A DNA stretch of 32,000 nt, from positions 120,001 through 152,000 of the forward strand of contig OW818675.1 of the NCBI GenBank assembly GCA_942493095.1, given 5' to 3'. This document shows, piece by piece, positions 8,244 to 18,188 of the stretch (position 1 is the stretch's first letter; each line of letters begins with the position of its first letter). Below the pieces are notes generated by a model that had not been told where the DNA came from, ran no database searches, and saw nothing but the letters and a program-made list of their open reading frames with translations. Position numbers and translations under genes: made by a program. The DNA comes from Candidatus Electronema halotolerans. GTDB taxonomy: Bacteria > Desulfobacterota > Desulfobulbia > Desulfobulbales > Desulfobulbaceae.

Positions 8244-9941
8244 CTATTCCTGCTCCTTCATCTGGCGCAGTTGCTCAAGGCAATGCTGCTCGCGCAGGGG
8301 CATGGAAAGCTGGCGGTACATATCCGCCGCCTTTTGCCAGCATTCTTCCGCCTGCGGAAACTGCTGTTGCGCCTGATGCAGCTTGGCGATACTTTCCAAG
8401 CAATCGGCCACGCATTCCGGGTTATGGGTGCGTTCATTTAGAGCCAAGAGCTGATCATAATAATGCTTGGCGGCAATGAATTCGCCGATCTTTACGGACA
8501 AGTCTCCGAAGGCTTGCAGGCAACCGGCTTCGCCGACACCTGCTCCAGCTTCTCGATACAGATGCAGGGCTTTTTTGTAACACCGCCGCGCTTTCTGAAA
8601 TTCAGAAGAATGGAAATAGACTTGGCCAAGATTAAAAAAGCAGGAAGCCACACCCATCCGCACACCTGTTTTTCGACATAATTGCAGTGCTTCTATTGCG
8701 CAACGCCGTGCTTCGTCGAATTCAGAAAGATCAAGATGCACATAAGTAAGGTTTTGCAGACAGGCGGCTTCGTCTATCAGACTACCTGTCTCCCGACTTA
8801 ACCGCAGGGCTTTTTTGTAGAAGAAATGCGCTTTCTGAAATTCAGAAAGACGTTGATGCACAGAACCAATGGCCTGTAATGCAACAATCTCACCTGATTT
8901 ATCGCCTGTTTCTTGGCATAACTGCAATAATTCCTCGTAACACAGCAGTGTTTCTTGATATTCCAAATGACTATAATGCACCTGGCCAAGCAGCAAGAGG
9001 CAGTTTGCTTTACTCTCCTGATCGCCTGTTTCCAGAGATAGCTGCAAGACCTCTTTAACATACTGCTTGGCCTCCAAGAAATTGGAGAGCCAACAATGCG
9101 CGATGCCAATCTGAAATAAGCTTCGGATTTCTTGTTTCTTATTGCCCGCTTTTCGGCTTACCTGCAAGGCTTGTTCATAGCACCGTTGGCCTTCTTGGTA
9201 TTCGCAAAGAGCTACATGCACGCGGCCAAGCTGTAAAAAATAGCTGATGATTAACTGATCATCGCAATTAGTTACATCTGCGAGGTCGATTTTTTGCAAA
9301 GTCTGCTTGGCATCATGGAAACTTCCCGATGGAAAGACCTTCATTTTGGCTTGATTGAGCCAAAAATAGTATATCGCTTTTTTAGGCAAGCGGTTCAGTC
9401 GCACATGTTCCTGCACGGCTCGCAGCAAACTTTCCACTTTATCAAAAGGAAAATTGGAAGGTTTGAACCATTCAGTACATGTATCATGGAAGGCCCTCGC
9501 TCCATCATCGGGATATGCTATCAACTGATGATATACTGTTTCAATCCGCCACGTTATGTCATTCTGATCTTGCTTTTTGCAATACACAAAAGCACGGCAG
9601 GAGATTTCCCGGTACAACGCCTCATCTTCCTGCCAGAGCTTTTCTTGTAGCAGCTTGCGGCTGCGCTCATGGACATTGAACCGCCCTTCGCCGGGATACG
9701 GCTCAATGTACGACAGACCGGTGAGTTCGGCAAACTGTGCCTCATCCAAGGGCTGGTCCAGCAGGACGTTGAGAAAGGCGCGGTCAAAGAAACGCGGCAC
9801 AACGGCTGCCTGCACAGCGGCCCGCAGCGGCTCCGGCAGCCGCTCCAGCGTGAAGTGCATCAGCAACCGCTCGCGCTCGTCCTGATTTCCGCAGGCTTGC
9901 AGCTGCTCCAGCAGGACTTGATGAGCAGAAAATTCAGTCAT
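8244..9941 (-). CDS. TPR-repeat protein with winged-helix-like N-terminus; probable C-terminal part of a STAND ATPase (see 9948..10709)
   Basis: Repeats such as ALQVSRKAGNKKQEIRSLFQIG and ALRLSRETGSLIDEAACLQNL; same frame as 9948..10709 with only one TGA and two codons between; no clear SD ahead of the ATG. Confidence 0.75.
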   Translation of the reverse strand: MTEFSAHQVLLEQLQACGNQDERERLLMHFTLERLPEPLRAAVQAAVVPRFFDRAFLNVLLDQPLDEAQFAELTGLSYIEPYPGEGRFNVHERSRKLLQEKLWQEDEALYREISCRAFVYCKKQDQNDITWRIETVYHQLIAYPDDGARAFHDTCTEWFKPSNFPFDKVESLLRAVQEHVRLNRLPKKAIYYFWLNQAKMKVFPSGSFHDAKQTLQKIDLADVTNCDDQLIISYFLQLGRVHVALCEYQEGQRCYEQALQVSRKAGNKKQEIRSLFQIGIAHCWLSNFLEAKQYVKEVLQLSLETGDQESKANCLLLLGQVHYSHLEYQETLLCYEELLQLCQETGDKSGEIVALQAIGSVHQRLSEFQKAHFFYKKALRLSRETGSLIDEAACLQNLTYVHLDLSEFDEARRCAIEALQLCRKTGVRMGVASCFFNLGQVYFHSSEFQKARRCYKKALHLYREAGAGVGEAGCLQAFGDLSVKIGEFIAAKHYYDQLLALNERTHNPECVADCLESIAKLHQAQQQFPQAEECWQKAADMYRQLSMPLREQHCLEQLRQMKEQE

Positions 9942-9947
9942 AGGGAT

Positions 9948-10709
9948 TCAGCAGAGTCGGGGAAAAGTTTCGATGAAGGTGCTGATCTGGCCGGGCGAGC
10001 CTTTAGTGAAATCGCAGAGGCAGGCCAGATAATCCAGCGGATGTTCTGAAGGCACTCGGAAGCCGCGCTCCTTAATCACTGGGAGCCAGTCTTCAGGTGT
10101 CGGCACACCTTTCAATTCATACTTGCAGCAGAAGTCAACCCATTCATCGCCGGTGTCGGTGTCTGGCACCTCCTGTCCGGCGATGACGATGCGCAGCAGC
10201 TTGCAGGCGCGGGGCAGACGGACAATGACGCTTTCCAGCCAGCTTTGCAGATCAGCTCCGGCCTTTTCGTAGGTGTCCACAACCAAGAGCAGGGGCCGGT
10301 CAAACTGGCTGAGATCGCGCAGCCACGCATCAGTCAGCCAGACTAACCGCTCTTTGCGCTCCTGCTCGCTGCCGCTGCCGAGCACCACGCTGATCTGGTT
10401 GCCGCTGCCCTCAATTTGATTGCCGCTGATCTCCACGTTGTGCTGGCGGAGACATTGACTGAAGGCGGGCAGCCTGCCGGAGCGGAGACAATCGGCGGTG
10501 CGGCTGAAGACTTCGGCGGGATTGATGCCGTCCCGCTTGCAGTCCACAAAAATTTGCTGCGCATCATCCAGCGCGGTCTTGCGGCAGATTCGCAGTAAAC
10601 TGGTCTTGCCGCAGCCCGACTGGCCGACAAGGAGTAGAATAGGCACTTGGCAGAGCGGCTCCCGCAGACGGGCGAAAGCGGTTCGCTCATTTTTGTAGTT
10701 TGCCAGCAT
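9948..10709 (-). CDS. P-loop NTPase (AAA/STAND NBD-like)
   Basis: Walker A LLLVGQSGCGKTSLLRI, Walker B-like RPLLLVVDTYE, and GSPGQ near the end of the ORF; G/N/Q-rich insert VEISGNQIEGSGNQISVV. Confidence 0.75.
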   Translation of the reverse strand: MLANYKNERTAFARLREPLCQVPILLLVGQSGCGKTSLLRICRKTALDDAQQIFVDCKRDGINPAEVFSRTADCLRSGRLPAFSQCLRQHNVEISGNQIEGSGNQISVVLGSGSEQERKERLVWLTDAWLRDLSQFDRPLLLVVDTYEKAGADLQSWLESVIVRLPRACKLLRIVIAGQEVPDTDTGDEWVDFCCKYELKGVPTPEDWLPVIKERGFRVPSEHPLDYLACLCDFTKGSPGQISTFIETFPRLC

Positions 10710-10718
10710 GGCGGCGCG

Positions 10719-10979
10719 TCAACTCATAAGCTGGTTCTTACTTCCCTCAATTTCAGCCGTATCAATCTGACCGCCGTTCGTGGCCTTGAGACTGTTCTCA
10801 TCGCCTTTGATTTTCACGCCGCTGATGCGGGTGACAGACGGCTCCTGCGTGTCCATGGCTACAGTGACACCCTCTTTGCTGACATTCACCTTTGTGCCCT
10901 TCAGCCTGTCTCGCAGAATCCAGATCACGGCTGCCGCGCCAGCGGCGATGATCAGGGCAATCAGCACGTTGTCGCTCAT
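10719..10979 (-). CDS. Small membrane-anchored protein with G/N-rich C-terminal tail
   Basis: Start reassigned from 11111 to the ATG at 10979, preceded by CAGGAGGAAAT; TM helix NVLIALIIAAGAAAVIWIL; tail ISGVKIKGDENSLKATNGGQIDTAEIEGSKNQLMS. Confidence 0.7.
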   Translation of the reverse strand: MSDNVLIALIIAAGAAAVIWILRDRLKGTKVNVSKEGVTVAMDTQEPSVTRISGVKIKGDENSLKATNGGQIDTAEIEGSKNQLMS

Positions 10980-11029
10980 ATTTCCTCCTGCTGTGCAGGG
11001 GCAGGGCAATTCATAAATTACCCATACGT

Positions 11030-12298
11030 TTAAACCGCCTTTTTGTTTTCGTCGCTGCGGATGACCTCTGGGTATTTGCCTTCGCTGATGACCTCCTCGC
11101 TGATCACGCATTCCGCCGCATGTTCATCCGAAGGCAGCTCATACATCACCTCCAGCATCGCGTTTTCCATGACCGAACGCAGACCTCTGGCCCCGGACTT
11201 GCGCTGCATGGCCTTCTTCGCGGCAGCCAGCAGGGCCTCGTCAGTGAAACGGAGGCTGATGCCTTCCAGCTCGAACAGCTTCATGTACTGTTTGGTCAGG
11301 GCGTTTTTCGGCTCCTTGAGAATGCGGATCAGGTCTTCCTCAGCCAAATCCCGCATGGGCGCAATCACTGGCAGACGGCCCACCAGCTCCGGGATCAGGC
11401 CGAACTTGAGCAGGTCTTCCGGCTGGACATCAGTCAGCAACTCGCTGTCTTCCTTGACCTTGTCCAAGGAAATTTTGGCCCCGAAGCCTATGGATTTGGT
11501 ACCAGCCCGGCGTTTGATCACCTTGTCCAAACCGACAAAGGCTCCGCCGACAATGAAGAGAATATCGCTGGTGTCAAGCCTGATCAGGTCCTGCTGCGGA
11601 TGCTTGCGCCCGCCTTTGGGCGGCACTGAAGCCACAGTGCCCTCGATCATCTTGAGCAAAGCCTGCTGCACACCCTCGCCAGACACGTCGCGGGTCAGGG
11701 ATGCGGAATCTGACTTGCGGGCGATCTTGTCGATTTCATCAATATAGATGATGCCGCGCTGGGCACGGTTGACATCATAATCCGCCGCTTGGAGCAGGCC
11801 GACCAAGATGGTCTCCACATCATCGCCGACATAACCGGCCTCGGTCAGGGTGGTGGCATCGGCAATGCTGAACGGCACATTGAGAATGCGGGCCAAGGTT
11901 TGGGCCAGCAGGGTCTTGCCGCTGCCGGTCGGGCCGATGAGGATGATGTTTGATTTCTGGATTTCGACATCATTGGCCTTGCCGCTGCGCGAGCTGATCC
12001 GCTTGTAGTGATTATGCACGGCCACGGCCAGCACCCGCTTGGCCAAATCCTGGCCAATCACATAGTCATCTAAATGAGCATGAATCTCTTTGGGCTTGAG
12101 CAGGCGGGGCGGGGCGGCAACCTCGTCTGTTTTTCCCTCCTCCACAGGCTCTTTGATCATGCCGCTGCAAATTTCCACGCAGTCATCGCAGATATAGACA
12201 TCAGGCCCTGCGATCAGCCGGGCCACCTCCGCCTCCTCCCTGCCGCAGAACGAGCAGGCGCGGGTGCCTGAGGAGCTGCCGGTCGCGTCGCCGCTCAT
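11030..12298 (-). CDS. clpX: ATP-dependent Clp protease ATP-binding subunit ClpX
   Basis: Zinc-finger [62 protein letters not shown]. Confidence 0.97.
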   Translation of the reverse strand: MSGDATGSSSGTRACSFCGREEAEVARLIAGPDVYICDDCVEICSGMIKEPVEEGKTDEVAAPPRLLKPKEIHAHLDDYVIGQDLAKRVLAVAVHNHYKRISSRSGKANDVEIQKSNIILIGPTGSGKTLLAQTLARILNVPFSIADATTLTEAGYVGDDVETILVGLLQAADYDVNRAQRGIIYIDEIDKIARKSDSASLTRDVSGEGVQQALLKMIEGTVASVPPKGGRKHPQQDLIRLDTSDILFIVGGAFVGLDKVIKRRAGTKSIGFGAKISLDKVKEDSELLTDVQPEDLLKFGLIPELVGRLPVIAPMRDLAEEDLIRILKEPKNALTKQYMKLFELEGISLRFTDEALLAAAKKAMQRKSGARGLRSVMENAMLEVMYELPSDEHAAECVISEEVISEGKYPEVIRSDENKKAV

Positions 12299-12891
12299 GC
12301 TTTGGCCTCCTCCCTGCGCTCCAGCACCTTGTCGATCAGGCCGTATTCCTGGGCTTCCGCCGCTGTTTTGAAGTTGTCACGGTCAGTGTCCAGCTCAATC
12401 TGCTTGATCGGCTTGCCAGTGTGCTTGGCCAAAATTTGATTCAAATCCGCCCGCATCCGCAGAATTTCCTTGGCATGAATTTCAATGTCCGTGGCCTGGC
12501 CTTGGAAACCGCCGAGCGGCTGATGAATCATGATCCGGGAATTGGGCAGGGCGTACCGTTTGTCTGCCGCGCCAGCAGCCAAGAGCAGCGCGCCCATTGA
12601 GGCGGCCTGACCCATGCAGAGCGTGGCCACGTCGCAGCGTATGTACTGCATGGTATCGTAAATGGCCATGCCAGCAGTCACTGAGCCGCCGGGCGAGTTG
12701 ATGTAAAAGGTGATGTCCTTGTCCGGGTCGTCCGCCTCAAGAAAGAGCATCTGGGCGACAATCAGGCTGGCCACGTCATCTGTGACCGGCGTGCCGAGAA
12801 AAACAATGCGCTCCCGGAGCAGACGGGAATAAATATCAAAAGCCCGCTCGCCGCGCGGACTTTGCTCCACCACCATAGGCACAAGATTCAT
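12295..12891 (-). CDS. clpP: ATP-dependent Clp protease proteolytic subunit
   Basis: [12 protein letters not shown] (Ser), [16 protein letters not shown] (His); 4-nt overlap with clpX. Confidence 0.96.
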   Translation of the reverse strand: MNLVPMVVEQSPRGERAFDIYSRLLRERIVFLGTPVTDDVASLIVAQMLFLEADDPDKDITFYINSPGGSVTAGMAIYDTMQYIRCDVATLCMGQAASMGALLLAAGAADKRYALPNSRIMIHQPLGGFQGQATDIEIHAKEILRMRADLNQILAKHTGKPIKQIELDTDRDNFKTAAEAQEYGLIDKVLERREEAKA

Positions 12892-12909
12892 AATTCAGCT
12901 CCTTCAAAG

Positions 12910-12942
12910 AAAAAGCCGGGCAGAGCAGCAGTCTGTCCGGCT
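12910..12942 (-). terminator. Likely terminator between tig and clpP (minus strand)
   Basis: Minus-strand AGCCGGACAGA-ctgctgc-TCTGCCCGGCT followed by TTTTC. Confidence 0.6.
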
Positions 12943-12969
12943 GGTTGGCAAAAAAAGAATAGTTTCAGC

Positions 12970-14298
12970 CTAAGCCGACTGCTCTTCCGCTGTCGGTTCC
13001 TCCGCTGTTGCCGCCGCCTCGGTGATTGTGGCCGCATCGAGCAGGAAACGGAGAATTTTCTCGTTCAGCAGCTCGGCGACAAAGGGCAGTATCTCCTCCC
13101 GTCGCTGAAAATACTGCTTCACTTCCGGCACGCTCATGCGGTACTGGCTGGCAATTCGCTCATAGCCGCGTTCAAGGTCCTCATCCACCAGCTTGATCTC
13201 CTCCAATTCAGCAATCTTTTTGAGGAGAAAATCACCCCGGACCCGCTTTTCCGCCAGTTCCCGGTTCTGTTCGGCCAGCTCCTCCACCTTGATGCCAGCA
13301 GTCTCCAAGCTCAGACCGTTGCGCTTGAGCCGCTCCTCAGTCTGATTGATCATCTCCTGCACCTCGTAGGCCACGGCCCGTTCCGGCACTGGGAAGGGAT
13401 TCAGCTCAATCAGCTTCTGCATCAGGCGGTCGGTCAGGGTGCCTTCAAAAGCCTCCTGCTGCTGCTGGCGCAGCTCCTCGGCAATGCCTGCCCGCAGGTC
13501 CTCCAAGGTATTGTACTTTTCATCCACGTCCTTGGCAAATTCATCATCCAAAGCAGGCTTGACCCGCTCCTTGATTTCTTTGACATCAACCTTGAATTCA
13601 ATGGTCTTGCCCGCCATGACCGGATTCGCATAGTCGCCCGGAAAAGTGGTCTCGTAAAGGGCAGACTCGCCTTTTTTCAGGCTCAAGAGCTGCTCCTCAA
13701 ACTCCGCGCCCAGCCGCTTGGCTCCGACATCAATCGAGTAATTCTCGTTATGAACCTGCTTCATCGGCTTTTCATTGTGAAAGCCCTGAAAATCAACCGT
13801 GACAATGTCGTCCTCAGCCACGACATGATCTTCCGGCGCAGTCCTGAGCACAGCGTGCTTGCGGCGCAGCTCCTCAATTCTCCGGTCAATGTCGGCATCT
13901 GTCACTTTGACGGCAGGCTTTTCAATCTCCAAGCCTTTGTATTCACTGATCTCAAAGACCGGCTTGATATCAACCAAGGCCGCATAGACAAAGGCACCGT
14001 CGTCAGCAAAAGTGGTTTCCGATATTTCAGGATGAACCACCACCTCCAGCTCCTTTTTCTCGACCGCGTCAAAATAGGTCTCCTGCACTAATTTTTCCGC
14101 CACCTCAGCCCGCACTCTGTCGCCGTAGTTCTTCTCCAAGATGGACATTGGGGCCTTGCCCTTGCGGAATCCTTTGAGATGAACATCCTTTTTCAGCTTG
14201 CTGTAGGCTTTGTCCAGCTCCTTGCGCACAGTCTCAGCAGGCACGCTGACAGTCACTTTCCGGGTCAGCTCGCTGAGTTCTTCGACTGCTATTTCCAT
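12970..14298 (-). CDS. tig: Trigger factor peptidyl-prolyl isomerase
   Basis: VHLKGFRKGKAPMSILEKNYG, VTVDFQGF; synteny tig-clpP-clpX. Confidence 0.95.
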   Translation of the reverse strand: MEIAVEELSELTRKVTVSVPAETVRKELDKAYSKLKKDVHLKGFRKGKAPMSILEKNYGDRVRAEVAEKLVQETYFDAVEKKELEVVVHPEISETTFADDGAFVYAALVDIKPVFEISEYKGLEIEKPAVKVTDADIDRRIEELRRKHAVLRTAPEDHVVAEDDIVTVDFQGFHNEKPMKQVHNENYSIDVGAKRLGAEFEEQLLSLKKGESALYETTFPGDYANPVMAGKTIEFKVDVKEIKERVKPALDDEFAKDVDEKYNTLEDLRAGIAEELRQQQQEAFEGTLTDRLMQKLIELNPFPVPERAVAYEVQEMINQTEERLKRNGLSLETAGIKVEELAEQNRELAEKRVRGDFLLKKIAELEEIKLVDEDLERGYERIASQYRMSVPEVKQYFQRREEILPFVAELLNEKILRFLLDAATITEAAATAEEPTAEEQSA

Positions 14299-14427
14299 TG
14301 ACTCAAATACCTTGGTTCGGGTTGCCTGCCCTGGGCAGAAGTTGTCTCAATAAATTCTCAATCTAAGGAGGAGCGTTTCGGTTCATGCCGCCCATTTCCT
14401 GAAAAGGGAGCGTCTTGACTGAGGAAT

Positions 14428-14511
14428 TGGTGCGAGAGGGGGGAGTTGAACCCCCACGCGCAAGGCGCTGGATCCTAAGTCCAGTGCGTCTGCCAGTTCC
14501 GCCACTCTCGC
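14428..14511 (-). tRNA. tRNA-Leu (TAG)
   Basis: GCGAGAGTGGCGGAACTGGCAGACGCACTGGACTTAGGATCCAG...GGTTCAACTCCCCCCTCTCGCACCA; type II tRNA with variable arm. Confidence 0.93.
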
Positions 14512-14709
14512 GTTAATTGAGTAGTATTAATCAATGAACAGCTCTTCGTCAAGGGAGAGACGGTAAAAAAAAGACGATCTGCCGTCCAGAGCCTTGTCTT
14601 TTCCATCTGTTGCACGGTCGGCGGAATTCCGACAGAGTCCCGCAAAATTTTCTTGCCTTTCCTGCGGAGGCGAGGTAAGTTTTAGAAACTTGTAAAACTT
14701 GCACACGGA

Positions 14710-15219
14710 ATGGACAGGGACGGACAGCAACAAGTGGCTGAAGCCCGGCTGCGGCTGACAGAGACTGGAGCGCGAATATCGCAGGAGCTGGGCGGCGGTC
14801 GGATTGTCGGGCAGGTGCTGGTTCATCTCTATCTGCAACCGGAGGCGCAATCTTTAGACAGCATTGGCGAGGCCCTGGCCTTGAGCAAAGCCTCTATCAG
14901 CATTGCGGTCCGCCAGCTAGAGCGGCTTGGTTTTGTCCGCCAAGTCTGGATCACCGGCGACCGAAAAAAATATTATCGCAGCGCGGACAATATCGGCAGC
15001 AGCATCCAGCAGGGCCTGCTCTCCCTTCTGCGCCAGAAAATTGATCTTTTTGGAGCAGAGTTAGACAGCGCGCTCTGTCTGCTGGATAATGAGCAGACAG
15101 GCAGGGCGGATATGAATTTTCTCCGGCAGCGTATAGGCAGAGCAAAAAAACTGCAAAGCATTGTGCATAAACTGCTCGGCAGTCCTTTGGTCAGTTTTTT
15201 GGCGAAAAATATCAAATAA
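14710..15219 (+). CDS. GbsR/MarR-like winged-helix transcriptional regulator
   Basis: SLDSIGEALALSKASISIAVRQLERLGFVRQVWITGDRKKYYRS. Confidence 0.75.
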   Translation: MDRDGQQQVAEARLRLTETGARISQELGGGRIVGQVLVHLYLQPEAQSLDSIGEALALSKASISIAVRQLERLGFVRQVWITGDRKKYYRSADNIGSSIQQGLLSLLRQKIDLFGAELDSALCLLDNEQTGRADMNFLRQRIGRAKKLQSIVHKLLGSPLVSFLAKNIK

Positions 15220-15224
15220 GCAGG

Positions 15225-16091
15225 ATGATGCAACAGGCGGCAGGAACGGACACAGCACAATGGGACTTTATTATCAAGCCGAAAACCGGCTGGTTTGATA
15301 TTGACTTGAAGGAGCTGTGGCGTTATCGTGATTTGATCACCATGTTTGTCATGCGTGACTTCGTCACTGTCTATAAACAGACGATTTTAGGGCCGCTGTG
15401 GTATATCATTCAGCCGCTGTTCACTACAGTTGTTTTCACCATTATTTTTGGCAAGGTGGCCAAAATTTCCACAGACTCGCTGCCGCCTTTCCTCTTTTAT
15501 CTGTCAGGCAATGTGATCTGGGGCTATTTCGCCTCCACCCTGAGCTCGACTTCCAACACCTTCAACAACAACGCGTATATATTTGGCAAAGTTTATTTTC
15601 CACGCCTGACTGTGCCTCTGGCGACCGTGCTTGTCAATTTTTTGCAATTTTTTATCCAGCTATTCCTGTTTCTTGGTTTTTACCTGTATTTTCACCTGCA
15701 CGGTGCGCCAGTGCAGCCGACTCGCTGGCTGTTGCTTCTGCCCCTGCTGATGGTGCAGATGGCCTTGCTCAGTCTGGGACTTGGCGTTCTCTTTTCATCC
15801 ATGACCACCAAGTATAAAGACCTTCGTTTTGCCATGAGTTTTTTGGTGCAGCTCTGGATGTATGCAACCCCAGTGGTTTATCCCCTCAGTCAGATACCGG
15901 ATTGGCTGCTGCCTTGGTATGCGCTGAATCCAATGGCTGCAATCGTTGAAAGTTTCCGTTTCATGTTTTTTGGAGTCAGCTCAGTGCAATGGAGTCAAAT
16001 CGGCATAAGTTGGCTGGTCACTGTGTTGCTCTTGTTTGCAGGCGTGATGCTGTTCAGCAGGATTGAAAAAACATTCATGGACACAGTCTAA
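15225..16091 (+). CDS. ABC-2 type polysaccharide/O-antigen export permease (Wzm-like)
   Basis: RYRDLITMFVMRDFVTVYKQTILGPLWYIIQPL and multiple TM segments; followed directly by the ATPase. Confidence 0.9.
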   Translation: MMQQAAGTDTAQWDFIIKPKTGWFDIDLKELWRYRDLITMFVMRDFVTVYKQTILGPLWYIIQPLFTTVVFTIIFGKVAKISTDSLPPFLFYLSGNVIWGYFASTLSSTSNTFNNNAYIFGKVYFPRLTVPLATVLVNFLQFFIQLFLFLGFYLYFHLHGAPVQPTRWLLLLPLLMVQMALLSLGLGVLFSSMTTKYKDLRFAMSFLVQLWMYATPVVYPLSQIPDWLLPWYALNPMAAIVESFRFMFFGVSSVQWSQIGISWLVTVLLLFAGVMLFSRIEKTFMDTV

Positions 16092-16106
16092 AACAATGCA
16101 ATTGTC

Positions 16107-17408
16107 ATGAATGTTATTCAGATAGAAAACCTCTGGAAGGAATATCGGCTTGGTGTTATAAGTCATGGCACCTTGAGTCGTGACTTGCAGTCTTGGTGGG
16201 CAAGGCTGCGGGGCAAAGAAGATCCGAACAGCAAGCTCCAGCCTATGCTGGCCGGGCAGGAAAAACAGATTGAAGGAGATCACTTCTGGGCTTTGCGGGA
16301 CATCAACTTGGAAGTGAAAGAGGGTGAGATGCTCGGCATCATCGGCAGGAATGGAGCAGGCAAGTCAACATTGCTGAAGCTGCTTTCCCGCATCACTGCG
16401 CCGACAAAAGGGCAGATCAAGGTCAAGGGCCGAATTGCCAGCTTGCTGGAAGTAGGCACAGGGTTTCATCCTGAGCTTACTGGCCGGGAAAATATTTTCA
16501 TGAATGGTGCCATTCTCGGCATGTCCAAAAAGGAGATCAAAAGCAAGCTGGATGAGATTGTCGATTTTTCTGGAATTGAGCAGTTCATTGACACTCCAGT
16601 CAAAAGGTATTCATCCGGCATGTATGTCAGGTTGGCCTTTGCTGTGGCTGCGCATCTTGAGCCGGAAATTCTTGTAATAGATGAAGTGCTGGCCGTTGGT
16701 GATGCGGATTTTCAAAAGAAGTGTATCGGGAAAATGGGAGAAGTCACCCAAGAAGGACGGACTGTGCTTTTTGTGAGTCATAGTATGTCAATGATCAGCA
16801 CGTTATGTGAAAAAGGCGTTCTATTGATCGATGGAAAAGTTGCCAAATATGGTCAAATATCGGATGTTGTCTTGGCTTATTATGAAAGTATTTCTGATAC
16901 GAAACGCACTTCAGTTCAAGCTGAATTTTTTAGTGATGGAAGCTGTCGTTTTGTGTCAGCTGCAATTGCCAGCAAAAATAAGATAGACACGAGAGAAGTC
17001 GATCTCGGCAGTGAAATCAAAATAATAATGATTTATGATCTGCTGAAGGAGACGGAAAACTTATATATTCCTAATTATCATATATTTACTGCTGAAGGTC
17101 AATATGTTTGCTGTGTAAATAGCCCCAGGGTGAAACCTATGAAATTAGGTCGTTATCGTGCGCAATGTGTCATTCCTCCTTTTCTTTTGAACGAGGGGGC
17201 ATATACAGTTGGAGTTGCTGTAACTTCTTTGGATTTATATTGCAGTGATTTAAGAGGGCAACAAACGGTTCACTTTTATGAAAAGGATATATTGTCGTTC
17301 AACGTGGTGGACAGTAAAATTCCAGATGACTGGAATTATGGCGTTATAATGACAGTGCCAGGTGTTGTCCGACCCCGGCTTTCTTGGACAATAGAAAAAA
17401 CAGCTTGA
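16107..17408 (+). CDS. ABC transporter ATP-binding protein with C-terminal polymer-binding-type extension (Wzt-like)
   Basis: IIGRNGAGKSTLLKLLSRI, YSSGMYVRLAFAVAAHLEPEILVIDEVLAVGD. Confidence 0.92.
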   Translation: MNVIQIENLWKEYRLGVISHGTLSRDLQSWWARLRGKEDPNSKLQPMLAGQEKQIEGDHFWALRDINLEVKEGEMLGIIGRNGAGKSTLLKLLSRITAPTKGQIKVKGRIASLLEVGTGFHPELTGRENIFMNGAILGMSKKEIKSKLDEIVDFSGIEQFIDTPVKRYSSGMYVRLAFAVAAHLEPEILVIDEVLAVGDADFQKKCIGKMGEVTQEGRTVLFVSHSMSMISTLCEKGVLLIDGKVAKYGQISDVVLAYYESISDTKRTSVQAEFFSDGSCRFVSAAIASKNKIDTREVDLGSEIKIIMIYDLLKETENLYIPNYHIFTAEGQYVCCVNSPRVKPMKLGRYRAQCVIPPFLLNEGAYTVGVAVTSLDLYCSDLRGQQTVHFYEKDILSFNVVDSKIPDDWNYGVIMTVPGVVRPRLSWTIEKTA

Positions 17409-17414
17409 AGAAAA

Positions 17415-18188
17415 ATGAAAGCTGTCATCTTGGCCGGAGGTCTTGGCACCCGCATTGCCGAAGAGACTCATCTGAAGCCCAAGCCGATGATTGAGATAGG
17501 TGGCAAGCCGATTCTTTGGCATATCATGAAAATTTATTCTTCCTACGGCATTAATGACTTTATTATCTGTCTCGGCTATAAAGGGTATATTGTTAAAGAG
17601 TACTTCGCCCACTATTTTCTGCACATGTCTGATGTCACCTTTGATCTGAAAAAAAACGAGATGCAGGTGCATCGGCAGCATGGGGAGCCGTGGCATGTGA
17701 CACTTGTCGATACCGGAGAGTTGACCATGACCGGAGGCAGGTTGAAGCGGATCAGACCGTATTTGATGACTGAAGAACCTTTCTGCTTTACTTACGGTGA
17801 TGGTCTCGCAAATGTCAACATCTCAGAATTGACAGCTTTTCATAAAAAGAAAAATACGCTTGCCACAATGACAGCCGTGCAACCGCCTGGACGTTTTGGC
17901 TCTCTTGACATGCAGCAGGACAAAGTTATCCGTTTTGAAGAAAAGCCGGATGGTGATGGCGTATGGATTAACGGCGGATATTTTGTCCTGTCTCCAAACG
18001 TGTTCGATTATATTGAGGGAGATCATATCTGCTGGGAAAAGGAACCACTGGAGCGGTTGGCAAGAGAAGGGCAGCTTTCCGCCTACAGACATCGGGGCTT
18101 CTGGCAGCCAATGGACACGCTGCGGGACAAGAATTTACTCGAAGAACTGTGGAATAGCTGCACTGCACCGTGGAAAACTTGGGAATGA
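17415..18188 (+). CDS. rfbF: Glucose-1-phosphate cytidylyltransferase
   Basis: [41 protein letters not shown]; next gene is CDP-glucose dehydratase. Confidence 0.93.
   Translation: MKAVILAGGLGTRIAEETHLKPKPMIEIGGKPILWHIMKIYSSYGINDFIICLGYKGYIVKEYFAHYFLHMSDVTFDLKKNEMQVHRQHGEPWHVTLVDTGELTMTGGRLKRIRPYLMTEEPFCFTYGDGLANVNISELTAFHKKKNTLATMTAVQPPGRFGSLDMQQDKVIRFEEKPDGDGVWINGGYFVLSPNVFDYIEGDHICWEKEPLERLAREGQLSAYRHRGFWQPMDTLRDKNLLEELWNSCTAPWKTWE

Noticed and set aside
12862-14091. 409-aa plus-strand ORF antisense to tig
   Set aside because: Antisense shadow of trigger factor, with Leu/His-rich composition typical of GC-driven spurious ORFs.
14527-14850. 107-aa minus-strand ORF upstream of tRNA-Leu
   Set aside because: Largely antisense to the start of the GbsR-like gene; no motif support.
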